Positions 31,301 through 45,170 of a DNA stretch of 64,000 nt are shown piece after piece (the stretch's first letter is position 1; every line of letters begins with the position of its first letter). The position numbers and the translations under genes were made by a program. The DNA is taken from the NCBI RefSeq assembly GCF_009914755.1, contig NC_060932.1. One strand, written 5' to 3'. The stretch is from the human T2T-CHM13v2.0 reference genome, Homo sapiens. The notes under the pieces were generated by a model. It searched no databases. It was not told the DNA's origin and saw nothing but the letters and a program-made list of their open reading frames with translations.

Positions 31301-32014
31301 ACATCCAAGACCACCACCTCGTGTTGTAAAATACTAAATTTTTATTGTGTAAATTAGATCATTGCATGGCTAAGCATAGGAAGTGATATGGTATATCAAT
31401 GATGGTTATGTAAAATTAAAGATCAATTAATTATTAAGTTGATAGTTACCTTTATCACGAGTCAAAAGAGGTGAGTAAAAGAACATCAAAGATAATCATT
31501 TTGTGTTTGTTGTTTTAATACTAAAAGCTATTTCAAACTATGAAAGATTACTTTGGAATGATTTATGACCTAAGACTTGAAGCAGTATAATAGAACTTTA
31601 AAAAGAGGAGAGTTATGTCGAAGACACAGAACAAGGTCTTACTCTATATTTTCCAGCCTGAGTTAAAATGTAAGGCATGACAGTAGAGTTGCTTATCTCC
31701 ATAGGGCATGATGCATGACCACCTATTTGAAGCAGCCTGGAGCAGGGTACAGGATGAGGTATAGGAGCAGGAACAAGCGTGTCACCAGCACTTCTCAGGA
31801 GTTCTGGCTGGGACAGCCGCATTGACCAGGTGGAAGGTGCCCTTGCTACTGAGCAGTGTAGTGGCCCTGCATTTAAGCTGCTGGTTCTAGAAGTGTGGGT
31901 AGGTAAATTGGCCCAGATTTTGAGCTGCAGTATAGCTATAATCCTAAAAATTGGAGTACCAGAATGTTTCAGCTAGGCAGTGGAGGATCCTAAGTGGGGT
32001 TAGATCCTCCTAAA

Positions 32015-32192
32015 TGAGTGTTTTCAGTCCTGACTGCACCTGTGAATCACATGGGTTATCTTTAAAGCCCCTCACTGCTAGGCCCCCACCCTCACAGGTT
32101 CTGATGTAATTGGCCTGTGGTAAGACTGAAGCATCAGTAGTTTTAAGTTTCCCAGGTGATTGTAACGTGCAGTGTAGATGGGATCCACTGCT
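32015..32192. mobile_element. MER5 MITE
   Basis: gactgcacctgtgaatcac...ttctgatgtaattgg...ccaggtgattgtaacgtgcag. Confidence 0.7.
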
Positions 32193-32304
32193 TTAAGTGC
32201 TCCCAGGATAAAATTCCTCCTTTGTAGACTTGGCAGAATGTCTTCCTTTATAGCTGGGCCCCTTAATTCTAATTTGCAGGCTTAGATTGATCTCCTTCTT
32301 TAAG

Positions 32305-32485
32305 ATAATGGCTGTCAAACGTCAGCAGGCATTAGCATCACCTGGAGGGCTTATCAAAAACTAGATTGTTGGGGCCTCATCTGATAATTTCCCATTCCAG
32401 GTCTGGGGCAGGGCTGAAATGTGCATTTCTAACAAGTCCCCATATGGTGCTGATCCTGCTTCTCTGGACACCCCACTTTGAAGAC
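32305..32485. mobile_element. MER5A MITE
   Basis: gcatcacctggagggcttatc...ggtctggggcagggctgaaatgtgcatttctaacaag...ccactttgaa. Confidence 0.8.
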
Positions 32486-35400
32486 CTAGGACAAGGCCTG
32501 ATCTTCAAAAAGTGGGATCCTGATCTTAAACTCAGGATGAAACTGCCTTTGTAATATTTCTAAATCCTAATGATGCTAAATTTAGTCATGGAATCTAGAC
32601 TTAGGCATTACTGCCATAACTCAGCCCTCATCCTGTCTTCCAGTTTAGATCCCTGGCTTTCTACTACTTTTTTCACTCTTTCCTAGCTTGGAAATCCAAA
32701 TATGAAAATTTCTAATTTTGAATCAGAAGCCTTGGGTATCTCAAAGATGTTAAGCAATGGGTTAAGATGAGATGCCATTTAGAAAATTATCTCTGGTTGT
32801 GGGGTTGAGGATGGGTTGGAGAACAGCTAGTGAGAGTGGTTACAGGAAGATTGGCAGTGACACAGGCCAGGCAAGGGCAATGGCATTGGGATGGAGGGAA
32901 GAAAGCAATTTATGAAATAGTAAAAAAATTGTTTGACACAATTAAGTGATGACATGTTAAGTTGAGAAAGAATCAAGGATACTTCATCACGATCCATGAT
33001 TTAACAGTAAGATAACTAATAACAAAAAACTTATCACTAGTTATTACTTGATACAATGTATTTTAAGGAGTATAATAATTGTCACTAAATGGTATGATGT
33101 AAAAGAGATAGGTGTTTGTTATATCCTTTATAGGAGTAATGGTGAGCTTACGAAGTGTCTAAGTTTGACCCTGTCCCAATTTTATCTTTTTATAAAGGAA
33201 CAGCTAGAAACACAGATGGTTATCTAAGATCCTTCAGTGTTTTTCACCAGGAACTGTTATCATGTTAGAGTAAATTAGATTTCTTGAGGGAAGTGTATTA
33301 ATTCTTCCATGACGTAAAATAACTTCTATGTAGCTGGAGATTAGGAATGTATCAGACCTCGAAGAGGGGAGGCTCAGAATTTCAGCAGTGCACACCAGTG
33401 CTGTGCATTTTTCAGGACAATGTGATTTCTCATTTTTAGCATTCCATCCTAGCAAAATTTCAGATTGTCTCATTCTACTTCTTGGAAATGAACCCAATAA
33501 AATGGCAAATATGCTTAGTGAGCCAAAGAAAACATTTGAAGTTGAATTTTACTTCTTTAATGTTTTTTTCTTTGTTTTAATTGCTAAAGGACTTCTTTGT
33601 CTTTAAACATGAGATTGGCATTAAATTAATAGAATGATTTAATCAAGTCCTCTTGGTTTACAGTTCAGAGAACGCTAAGAAATGAATAGTCAGTATTATA
33701 GCTAAGTTTTCACATGGCATGAATCATTGCAATTTCCTTTGCATTTTTCTGGCTAGAAAAATAATACAGAACCAATAACAACCAAAGATGAGGTGTCAAG
33801 GAAAACAGGAGCTATGAAGTAAAGTATGTAAAGTTTTATGGAGCTGCCTGGATATCAAAGTTGTTTGTATAACTCAGAAGAAGTAATCTGATCTGGTGTT
33901 CCCAAAATTCCTTAAAATATTCATCTAGAAAACAGAAGATATACTCTGGCATCTTGAAACACTTTCTGTCTTGTAAGACTACATCTCCTCTAAACTGTGA
34001 TCCAGGATAAAGCTAAATGAGAGCAAAAGGAATAACAGTTGGTGGAAATATAACAAGATGAAATGTACAAGACAGAAATATCCACTGTAAAATCCCAGAT
34101 GTACAGAAGTGATTTGTAAGTTCAACCGTCATTGTTAAATCTTGTTTTAATTTTGTATATATTTTTTAGACTTACAAATTACTAAATGCTGTAAAAATGT
34201 TTTAATATTAGTGAAATTCATGTTTCTGATTTTAAGCACATGTCAAGTGAGAGGATACTGAAAGGATCTTCTGAATTAGTTTTTTTCCTTTTTTTTCTCT
34301 GAATTAGTTGGAAGTATTTTTAAGATAGTTCCATAAAACTTGGAAATTCAGATGTCAATGTAAAAGATATATATAGCTTTAGAGCCAAGGCTTCACTAAT
34401 TTAAAAAGTTATATTTGGGGCACTATCAGAGATATCCATGATATACAACACATCCCATTTACAGAAAAACCTTGCTGTAAGAATTCTGAACTTTTATAAA
34501 AAAAAATCTAGTATGTGAAAAATAAGCTTCAAATGATTTTATATGGGGGAGATTAAAAATTTGTTCAGCTTCTTTAAGCATGGAGAGCACGCAAAGGAAA
34601 ATGGAGAATAATCTAAAGTCAGAGCAAGCAAAGCAGTGGTTATCTTGGTTTTACGTGCAAAATGGATATAATGACAATAAAGACCATACATGTTATAGAC
34701 TTTGCAATAAAGATGTATAACAGGGCTGGACATCTTTATTTTGCAGCTGCAAAAGGGCTGTATTTTGCTTTGGAGCTGAACACTAAGTTCTGACACTGCT
34801 TGAAAGTCTTGGAAGAACTTCTGTGGTTGAGAATTACTATAAAATGAGCTAATGCAACTCTGATCATTCCATTTCGTCTTTACATTAATTAATTAATTAA
34901 TAATTCTCCTTAGCAAACCAAGAAAACTTGATATATCAGAACGTTAATTATTTACTTGTCAAAGTACTGAATTAGACCTGGATCTGTCTGGGGAGGGGTA
35001 TGATATATTAAGTACAAATGCTCTGAAACACTAAGAATGGATACAGCTTGAGACAGGAAGAAAACTATGACATGGATGCAAATTTAAAATGAGAATGAAG
35101 GTTGGACATCCAAATGTCTTCTGAAGCAAGACTACCCCTGTGAAATAATAACAATAATGGTTCATCAGAAAATACTTAAATGTTTGGGTAGGAAAGTAGA
35201 AAACGGTCCAGCATCTGATTTCTAAGTTTCCTTTAATGTGAGCCACCCTGTATGCAATGGGATGAACAATCCCATGGAATAATGCTGAGCCTGACTCTTA
35301 GTTGGGTGCATCTCAAATTACCTCATTAACCATTCCTGGCATTTTTGCTTCTGACTACCAGCAAAATGCTGCTTGTCCTCACGTTCTCCAGCAAGATTAT

Positions 35401-35858
35401 TTTCTTACAATAATAACACTGTAATAATTCTTTCAAGGCTGAAGGTCACTTCAGTTGCATTTCTGTTGAATGTTTTTATTACCAAGTTTCATAGAATTTC
35501 ACAGGTCCACGAGGACCAAGCATTATGAACTTCACAGCATGTATTATTATTTGTAAAATTAAACAAGAAGGTGTCAGCTAACAAATAATAACAATTATTA
35601 TGACTTCTTAGCTTCATATCTATGTAAATTACATTTTTAACTTTGCTAATCCTTTCTCATCTCTCACCACTTTCAAACCTTATGAAAAATCCTATAAGAT
35701 AAACCAGGTATCTCTTATTATCCCTATCTTAGAGTATATTGAAGTTCTTTTAGTTTCAGTGGTTCACACTAACTTAGTGTTACAGTTCAGACTAGGACTA
35801 ATGCAATAAGAAATAGAAAATATAGGAAATTTTCCATAAATTATAGATATTCACAAGT

Positions 35859-35889
35859 ACACACACATACACACACACACACACACACA
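35859..35889 (+). repeat. (CA)n microsatellite
   Basis: Imperfect acacacacatacacacacacacacacacaca. Confidence 0.9.
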
Positions 35890-38873
35890 TATATACTTGA
35901 ATTTTCCAGATTATTGTTTGAGGATTATATACAAGTTTTGGGGTAAGGGGGTTGAGGTTGGACTTGAACCATTGAGCTTCCTTGGGTTCATGTAATGCAC
36001 TGTGTATAATACTGCCATATGCATAAATGTCTTGTGCCTCAATAGAATAAAATTTCCAGGGTAATGGAAATGAAAGTCTCACAACTGGGAACTATTAAGA
36101 AAATGGAATAGAATCAGCTAAAACAATTAGGTACATTTTATAGACATTTTTGTATAATCTTTCAAAAATGAAGTCAAGTGTAAACCTAAAACTATTAGTA
36201 GAGAATAATTGTAGAAATAAAACCAAAAAATACTCTGCCCTTTTGTACGCAGCATTCTGAGGTATTAAAACTAGATATTCACTGCTCTGTTGAGATCGAT
36301 TTTTTTTTTACAACTAACTCAAATGCTGTAGGATTAGAGTTATTGCTCTTTAGATACTAAATAACGAACATCCCAGCAGGGCAGTTTTGTGAGTTACATA
36401 TGATGGCATAACCGTACATCAAAGCAATTCAAGTTAAGAAACACATATTACTTCCTGGGACAGAACATTCACTTAAGATTATAGATAAAGAACATTCTCT
36501 TAAGGAAGGAATAAAGGCTAACTTGACTTTGAGCAATGGTGAGAATTTTCTTTTGAGGATTTAAACATGCCCTCAATCTTGGGCCATCTTACAACTCTCT
36601 TTCTTTTTTCAGGCCTTTGATCTTGCCTTCATTGTTGTTTTAATGACTCTGAGCATCTCCGTATATGTTTTGAGTTCTTTGACCCTTTTTGGAAGGAGTT
36701 TCCTATGAGTGCTTGTTATTAATAGATGAAATAAATAGCTAGAAGTCTGATAGCATTTGACCACATAGTGAAAAACATGACATTTGTCACAACTAAAGGG
36801 TAGGAGTAAAAGAACTATTGAAAGGGTGGAAATAGAGGGCCACTTGAATACTTAGAATTATGTTTCTCAGGCCAAATTTGAGGGATATTATCTCTCTCTA
36901 AGCAGATAAAATACTTACTAAAAACTTGGGCACTCCTGGTTATGAACTCACTAGTAATTATTTGCTAGTGAGAGGAACCTGTTCCAATGAGACCTTCATT
37001 TAATGACTAGACAGTGTGCAGGATAGGAATACAATGCTCCGATCATAAAATACACCTGTTGATTTGTTTTCAGGAGAAGTGTTGGAGATGTATTTAATGA
37101 ACAAAGTAATATGCACTTTTAAAGTCTTGTTAACTATTTTAACTTTCTATTTAAGTTGCTAAAAGTTGTAACTTGGTAAATGGTTTCCTAAGAAGCGTTA
37201 ATATATAATGAGTGGTTTGTGGCAGGATGTGTGATCTACAGTCCCCTCCTTCATGTTCTGGAGCTGCTCCTGATGGAAAGCACAAAGAAAATCCTACCAT
37301 CTTCATCTCTTCACATCCCAACTCTAGCAGCTGGACCAAAAGGGCGTATTACCAGGCATCTCTGTGAGGCCCCAGCAGCTGTAGGGGTGCTGGACAGCCT
37401 TATCGGATTCAACCAATATCTACCATGTTACAGGCACAAATTTACTTCGATGCTATGTGACAAAAGCTTTCCTATTACCCATTTACACAAGGACACTGAA
37501 GCTGACAGAGCTGTAGGTAACCCAAAATTCCTGTTTCTAAATCCATAGGCCTCACCTGATCATACCCATTTAAAACAAATAACGAAAGTATAAAACAGTT
37601 AAATAGCAGATCATCAGTAAATGAGAGTAATAGGAAACACTTTGGGAATTCTAAAGCCTTTTACTTTGTCTTCCAACACTAAGATAACAGGTATTCTTGT
37701 GCGTAGGCCATAACCCTAACTTTCATTAGTGTAATTTTTCTAAACACCAATCTGAGTAGATCTAGTGCACTCCACACAAGTGAAGAATATTGGTGGAGGG
37801 AATAAATGAATGAATAAAGGGGGAGGACTTATCATTGAAAATTCTTTCTATACCCTTTAAACTTTTTGGTAAAACTGCCTGTGATCTCACAATCACACAT
37901 ATCTTTGAAACTATTCAGTGCTTTCTGTTTGCCGCGTATAAGCAGGTCCCAAAGCTTTAATGTCTGACTCAATTTTCTGCAGTCTATTCATGAATACTCT
38001 ACATGACTGCAATAAATTATAAACCCTCCAGATCCATGTGAATGCATGCATCTTTGGATACCTTTACAAACCTCATGGTAGGTCTGTATTGAAGTACATT
38101 CGCTGTAATGTGTTTCCATTAGAAGCAAAAAAACAGCCCATTTAAAAATTGCTTATAATGATTGGCACAGATATCGTACATTGGCAAATGATGTTCTTTA
38201 CACATTTTGCATGTACTTTATGTAGTTACGTACTGTTGTGTATTACTATATGCTTTCTTGTCAGCTATTTACACTCGCAGTGTTTATTTCTGAGCCCATT
38301 CCATTAATATCTGTTATCTTTGGTTATACTTTGAAAAATCATTGTCTTAAAAACTTAATTTAGAATACTCCTGGCCATACACTTTAAATATTTCTCCCAA
38401 AACAACTTGAGAAGCAAACGTGGTTTTAATTTTCTATAACTATTTATCTTTTAGTTGTACAACGTGTTTCCTGCCGGTAGTTTATACTCACATCCAGGTG
38501 AAGGGGGTTGCCAGTGTTACATCAAAAAATAAACTTTAAAAAGGCTCTCCAAAAGTAGTGTTTGGAAACTATTCATTTGACCTTCAGTGACAAAGCTTAT
38601 GCCTTGCAGATTGATTAATACAGATACAATATCAAATCATTTTTCATACAATTTTTTAATGTTTGTTAAGTGCTGGAGCAGTATGTAAACAGAGTATTTG
38701 GCATTTTTATTAGGCTGCGGAACTCAGTCATTTCCTTTGCAACAACATCTCATAAACTATTTTGACAGTCTAATAAACTATAAAAAGCTGTGGTAAAAAC
38801 TGGCTCTGAATGTTATAACCGTACAAAATGGAAAGAGCAAGAGAAAACATCTATCACTGGGATTATTATCACT

Positions 38874-39008
38874 GTTGCTATGGCAACCTGGTTGCAATGG
38901 CAATATCTCCACGGTTCTGCTGTTTGTTATCATCTTTCTTGATTTTACATCATTGAAATTGTAGTAATTACACTGTGCCTGATGAAAAATGCATGCTGTC
39001 ATGGCAAC
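38874..39008. promoter_or_regulatory. Cluster of three RFX X-box-like motifs (candidate enhancer)
   Basis: GTTGCTATGGCAAC (38874), GTTGCAATGGCAAT (38891) and GCTGTCATGGCAAC (38995) in repeat-poor sequence. Confidence 0.5.
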
Positions 39009-41124
39009 TAAGTCAAATATTCTTAATCATTTCACCTCTTCAATCTAAAATGTAATTGTTTGTCAGTAAAATAGGTTATACAGAAGGCTTCTATGGACTT
39101 ATGATTGCCTTAAGTGTTTAGCAAAAAAAAAAAAAAAAAAATAGTGCTTTTAGGCTCAAGACCCTAAGCTAAACTAATAGCCTGAGATGGTAAACAATGA
39201 CTCATTATAATAAGTAAGTAGCAATAATTGTAGAGTGACTTCTCCAATGTTTTAAAATTATAAACCATCATGACTTTAATATAGTACTTAAAATCAAAGA
39301 CATAAGAGAGTATTTTCCATCGTCCTAGTATCTTCAATAAGTTATTTGAATCAGATGTTATGTTAATTTTGGTGTGTCCCTCTTCTATGTTATGAGTCAG
39401 TGTCTTCTGATGAATATACTTTGGAATGTTTTCTTCTTCTGTGAATAATTAAGGCACAAAGGAAGAATCCTCTTTGCAAATGTGAAAAACATAAAATAAG
39501 ACATAAAAAGAATGCCTTTCCAAATAGAGCAATTGGTTATAAGTCCATCAGGTATACTACAAAGTAATATATTTTGTGTAGTATTTTCACAAGTACATGA
39601 TTTTTTTTGCCATATCTACCTATGTATCTGAGTAATATGTGTATCCTATTAGAACAGAATAGAAGAATCAATACATTTGTGCTATAAAAGGGCAAATTTA
39701 TCCTCCTGAGTAAATATCCATAAATAAATTGTAAAATTTTAACAGTAACATGAAAACCATAGTACACATTTTTATAATTACCTAAATTCTATTTCCGCTG
39801 AAGGATGGAAATTTAAATTGAGTCAAAAATCTTTTGTTTTGATAATAATAAAATTTTTACTGCTTAATTCATATTTCTTTTTAATATTTGAAGTAACAAT
39901 GCTACAAATGAGAGCAGCAAAATAAGATATTTTATGCTTTTTCCAGAATTCATGAATAGTCTAATTATCTTTCTTCTATCTTTAGCTGTACTTTACATTT
40001 GGAAACACAGAATAAGCTAAATATTATATTTTCTGGGTTTTAAATTCATGAGAAAATTTTACTGCACTTAGAAAATTATACATTTTATTTCAAACATAGC
40101 CAGGCATAATTTCCCCATCTCTGTACCTATATTTCTTCTTTAAGTTAGCGTGTCATTACTTTTCCATTAGAAACAGGTACTAGCTAGCTGTAATATGATT
40201 AATCCATTTCTGCCAAAAGCAGAAGATGTCTTCGCTATTGTAAAGCCTGGATTTTATCAACATTGGGGGAGGGGTGGAGAAATGAAATGCAAGTATGTAT
40301 TTTCGGAGCTTGAGCACCAATGTGTTTATAACGATGATAGTAATTTGATTGTGATGGTGGCTGTTTGCTTCATCTTTAATGGATTTAAACATAAAATTGC
40401 TTTAAAACTTATTCATTGCTTCCACATAAAAAAAGTATCACACAAATAAAATGAATATAAAATACTGAAATGGAAACAGATCTGTCATTAATAATAATTT
40501 TAGCTAAGAGTGAAATCTTTTAATAAAAACATCAAAAAATCAGTTTAACAATAGACTGAACATGTTACTCATACCTGTTTAGGTTAAAAAAATTATGTTG
40601 CCAGTGACTATTAACATATTGTATTATAAGGATAGAAAGCAAACAGTGTGTAATTACATATTTCAAGAATGTTAAATAATGTATCATCAAAACTGGAGGT
40701 TATTTAGAATTATAAATTCATAGAAATATAACATGAACAACAGTCAGCCTAGAGACCAAAACTACAAGGTAACTATCCAGGAAGATAATATTTGTTTGAG
40801 AATGCTAATATTGGTAATATTTTAAAATAGCATAATCAGTTTTCCAAAACAATTACTTTAACTCTGGCTTCCTCAAGAGTATGTCTGTGGTTGAGTGGAT
40901 GGTTTCACAAAATAGTACCCACTGTTATAGCCATATCCCTTATTATCGCCTCCTCCTGCCCCACTAGGATTATGATTAATACTAGACTTGAACATTGTAA
41001 AAATACATATGTGTATATAAAGTACAAAAATAGAAAATGTTCATGGCTCTGTATTAACTTTGAGCCTTCCTCTGGCTTTCCTTTCAGCTTGTTCCTGCTT
41101 TAGTATTTCTTAACTTTCTACTTT

Positions 41125-41632
41125 CTAATTAAAATTGCTGTGAGAAATGGATTGGCTCGTCTCATCCTTCTTTGGGCTGAACGTTCCCCTGGGGGCCCTT
41201 CTCTAGCTGGGGGACTGCCTCCCTGTAGGCTGTGCCGGGATGCTGCTCCCCTTGGTCCCTTCATCAGCTTAGTCCCTGGGCCCCCTTTCTTGGTCCACTC
41301 CATGCTGGCCAGGTGGTGATGGAGTCACATGGGACACAGCAGGATGGCACAGGGCTGATGCTCCCACAGGAAATGTAACATTCATGTCTTCATCAAATCT
41401 GAACTGTGCTTGAATGACGGCGAAGCACTGTTTGAGGCACTTGGGGCTGTGTTCCCATTGGTGAACAAAGTGCCACGAATTCCTGCCCTTGTGGGCTTCC
41501 GTAAGCAGCCGCCATTTTCCTTTGAAGGAGCTGAACATGGCAGATGCCGTTTCACTAACTCGCATCCTTCTCCATCCACTTCATAATGTGGGGGCCGATT
41601 CGGTGAAAATATACAAAATCACATCGTGAACT
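41125..41632 (-). pseudogene. Relic terminal coding exon 10
   Basis: Branch-like tactaat about 30 nt upstream of tttctataccacttcag|; phase 2. Reads VHDVILYIFTESAPTL*SGWRRMRVSETASAMFSSFKGKWRLLTEAHKGRNSWHFVHQWEHSPKCLKQCFAVIQAQFRFDEDMNVTF..GPRD*ADEG..SPS*RRAP..SNFN*. GC- and CpG-rich relative to its flanks. Confidence 0.72.
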
Positions 41633-43844
41633 CTGAAGTGGTATAGAAACACGAGTGATCATTAGTATTTAATCTAATTTCTCCTCCCCTTCAGGAAATT
41701 TTCTCCTTCATTCTTCTCACTGTCAGTTGGGAGCTCAGGGAATTCAAATTAATTTAAAGATTAGACTGAGTAAAACATAATTAGGAAGGTAAATGTTCTG
41801 GGGGTGGGGGAAGAAGGGCAGCAGAAAATGCGTTCCTGACATACATATAAATGACACTGGCGTTATCTGCCATTTTTACATTATCTGTGCACTATTGCTG
41901 TGTCTTGGCATGGATAATCTGAAGCTGACTAAAGTTATACAAGAAATCAAACTGTGTAAGTGGCAACAGTAAGAGTTTAGGCACTTCAGGAGCAAATTCC
42001 AAAGACTTCCCTGCATGGAGGTAATTTAAAAATACAAGTTAAATATGGTTTTCATTATTGTGTTAAACAGACATATTTGACTGAATAAATTCTATCCTGA
42101 AAATAGAAATACACCCTAAATTTGAGCTGTATATCAAGACTATAACATTTTTTTCAATTGTTTCCTTAAAATACACACATGCAACAATGTCATGTAGGAC
42201 AGAATTTGTAGAATATGGCTAATTTAGATCTGTTGCTCAATCTGTGTGTGTGTATTTTAACAATTTTTATATGATGATAAATTTCAGGTATCTTCTATTA
42301 ATCAGAAGCTTCTCATACCTAGAGAAAAGCTCTAATGATAAAGTTCTCTATAGACTCCAAGGGAATCCTCTTAGAATCCTGATTGGTCAATATTTTTATT
42401 GCTTATTTTTTTTCCCTTTGAAACAGGCTATTAAAATAGTCATAATTAAAGAACACCATATTGGAAAGGTTTTTATAAATGGAAATCAGATTATTCACAT
42501 TTCTTATAGAATATTCTCAAAAAGTCAAAGATATAAAAACTTGAAAAAAAAAGCATATTGCCTTTGTGAATCACAAGTTAAATATTAAATATTTCTTACA
42601 GCCTCCAAGGCAAAAATACTATTAAGGTATTGAAAATCTGAGCAACCTTTCTGTGCCACATTTAAACATCATTGATGGAGCTTTTAGGTCAGAATGAAAC
42701 TTCTAGATTCAGTAATGTGAATTTCATTTCATTGTGTAACCTTCTTAGAACTGCCTGAAGGCTCAGACTAATAATACTTCTAATAAATGACAAGCTTTTT
42801 AAATATATGAACTCAGTCCAGCATTTAAGCTAAGAATGTTTGAAAAGGCAAAATCTCATTTTTCTTTCATTTTTATACCCCATCTGAAGGTAAAACCACA
42901 AAACCAATCTGTAAATTGAAAAATATAAATTTGAGAATTGTTCTATACTCTTTTTTATGTAAAGGTTTCAAAATCACAAGTCATATATAAGCAAACCAGG
43001 TCAATATTAGCATGTTCGGTATCATTTCTAATCAATTTCCATGTTTTTGCTGTTAAATGGAGCTAAAATGATCAGGTCATTCAAGTTATGTCAATAAGGC
43101 AAAAATCATGACTTCCTTTTGTAAAGGTATTGGGTAAGTGAGAGGATCAATCTTTGTAACATCATGGTTCACCTTCTAACTACACATGTTAAGGTGTTAT
43201 ATGAATATTCATAATGGCTCAGAGAAGCACTTTAAAATAAAAGCTAAGAATTGAGAGAAGCAAATTCAAGTTAGCCATCTAGTACTGCATTTTTACTTAG
43301 AGTACTATTAAAATGTTAGTGGATTTCTTATTCTCAGTAGCTACCTGCTGTCTAAAAGATTAAAGTCAAAGTCTCGAAACTAGGGCACAAAAGGGAGGAC
43401 AGAGAAGTGCACCACAAAGCATTTTCTTGAAAAACAAAACAAAATTGTCATTTCTCTGATACATGAAATTTCCTTTTTAAAAAAACATACTGTTTCCATT
43501 AGGTCAATGATTTAAATCCTACCCAAGTCTTGAGTGAATGAAAATCTACTGTGAATGGGGACCTAATGCACAGGAAATGCATTCTGGGATTAAGGCTCTC
43601 AGTCTAACTGCTGAGAAACAAAATCACAGTTTCACAGTCATCTTGTTAGTGTCAATCTGAGATTTTCAGAATAAAACCAAAGAATAGGTATGGCAGCAAT
43701 AGTTTTCTTGGAAGATTATACTTTGCTAAACTCTAAGGGAACTATTACTATATTACATTATACTATATTTGAAAGGAATTATTAGTATATTTGTATATTA
43801 CATTCTCTTCTGCATCTATTTTTTAAATATCTTTAAAATGCTGT

Positions 43845-44320
43845 TGTTTTAGTAGGACTTTTTGGTTTTAAGTGACTAGAAATACAACCCAAACTAGCTC
43901 CAGAAGAAAAAAAAATTGTTGGCAGTTTCCAGATGTGGCTGGCTTTGAGGCTCAAGGATGTCTGGAGCTCTGTCTCTCTCCAGCTCACCTTTCAGTCACA
44001 GCTCTGTCTGCTGGCAAAATGGCTCCCAGCTTCAGCCTCATTTCCTTTCATTTAAATCCCAGTAGTAAACAGTGAGCCCTTTAAAGGAAACTCTAGGAAA
44101 ACATCCCTGAGGTTCATTCTGCTTGTTGTCCTTAATGGGACTCAATCATAGGGATGAGAGAGTGAAGTCATTCTAGTTTAGGCCTGCATTTTATGTACTG
44201 CCTCTGGATTCTTGGTGATATAGCTACACTCTGAACATGAGCCTCCTAACACGTATAGATCCTCAAACGAAAATCAGGATATGGGGCTAGAAGAAGGAGG
44301 AATACATGTGGGTGAGGCAC
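43845..44320. mobile_element. Old MLT1 (ERVL-MaLR) LTR
   Basis: aagtgactagaaatacaacccaaactagct...ggcaaaatggctcccagc resembles the MLT1J/K/L group. Confidence 0.55.
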
Positions 44321-45079
44321 TCAACACAGAGCCACAATCATTGTCAATGTTCCATCTTCCATTATACTTTAAAAGTATTGCATTTGCTTTCCTGCTTTTG
44401 CAGTTCTTGTTTTCTGCAGCACACGGAATTCTCTCTCAGTATAATATTAACTCTTGCTTTGTGACTATATTTCATGACTGATGCAATTATGTGTTTGGGT
44501 ATCACAATCTGTAGTTTAATGCAATGAGTTAACTCTTAACAGAATGAAGCATAGAAGTGATACCAGAGGAAGGAAAGGTAGCATGCTTGGCAGCCCTTGG
44601 GTGGGCAGGATTCTCAAAGGTAATAATAATAGAAGAGCTTTGGATAGCTTCAAATTACTTTTTCTTTCTAATTGGCAATTAGTTCTAATTAACTTTTAAT
44701 TAATATTCAATGTTTTCTTTAACAAATGGAACCCTGATGAGATCACATCTGTTAATACCACTAAGTTTCTATTTCAGTATTCTACAATTTTCCATTATGA
44801 CTATAGCGAGTGCAACTTCAGACAAAAAAGTGATAACCTTTTAGGTAGGATGAAAAGGTGGCCTGACTTAAAGTCATTGTGTTTTAAACGTAATTTTAGC
44901 AAAAGCTACGACTCTATGAAATTGGATTTTGTCCTAGAATCTTACAAGATACTATTAGGAATTAGAAGTTACTGCCTCATTTTTGTGGCTTCAGTGAAAA
45001 TTCTTTTCAAGAATTGAAAACTGTATAAAAGTCCCTCTTTTTACTATGATGGACACATAGAACATAATATAGAACATAG

Positions 45080-45170
45080 TGCATAGAAAGATGCTCAAAG
45101 GTCTCTTCCATCCAGTTGTTTTGGAGATAAAGCTGAAACCCAGGGAGTATTTTGGCTTGTCTGTGCAATT
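45080..45170 (-). pseudogene. Relic exon 9 (donor apparently mutated, gtatgt to ctatgt)
   Basis: Acceptor ttttaatatttgttgtatag|. 91 nt, phase 1 to 2, open frame ELHRQAKILPGFQLYLQNNWMEETFEHLSM. Confidence 0.65.

Noticed and set aside
41490-41565. AMFSSFKGKWRLL resembling the Harbinger transposase motif AFG.LK.RWRIL
   Set aside because: Only a short similarity, with no DDE context or TIRs; the segment fits the spliced relic gene.
41581-41583. In-frame TGA as selenocysteine or programmed readthrough
   Set aside because: The same frame also has TAA and TAG stops, and upstream exons are riddled with lesions. A CGA-to-TGA decay is simpler, and I recognised no SECIS.
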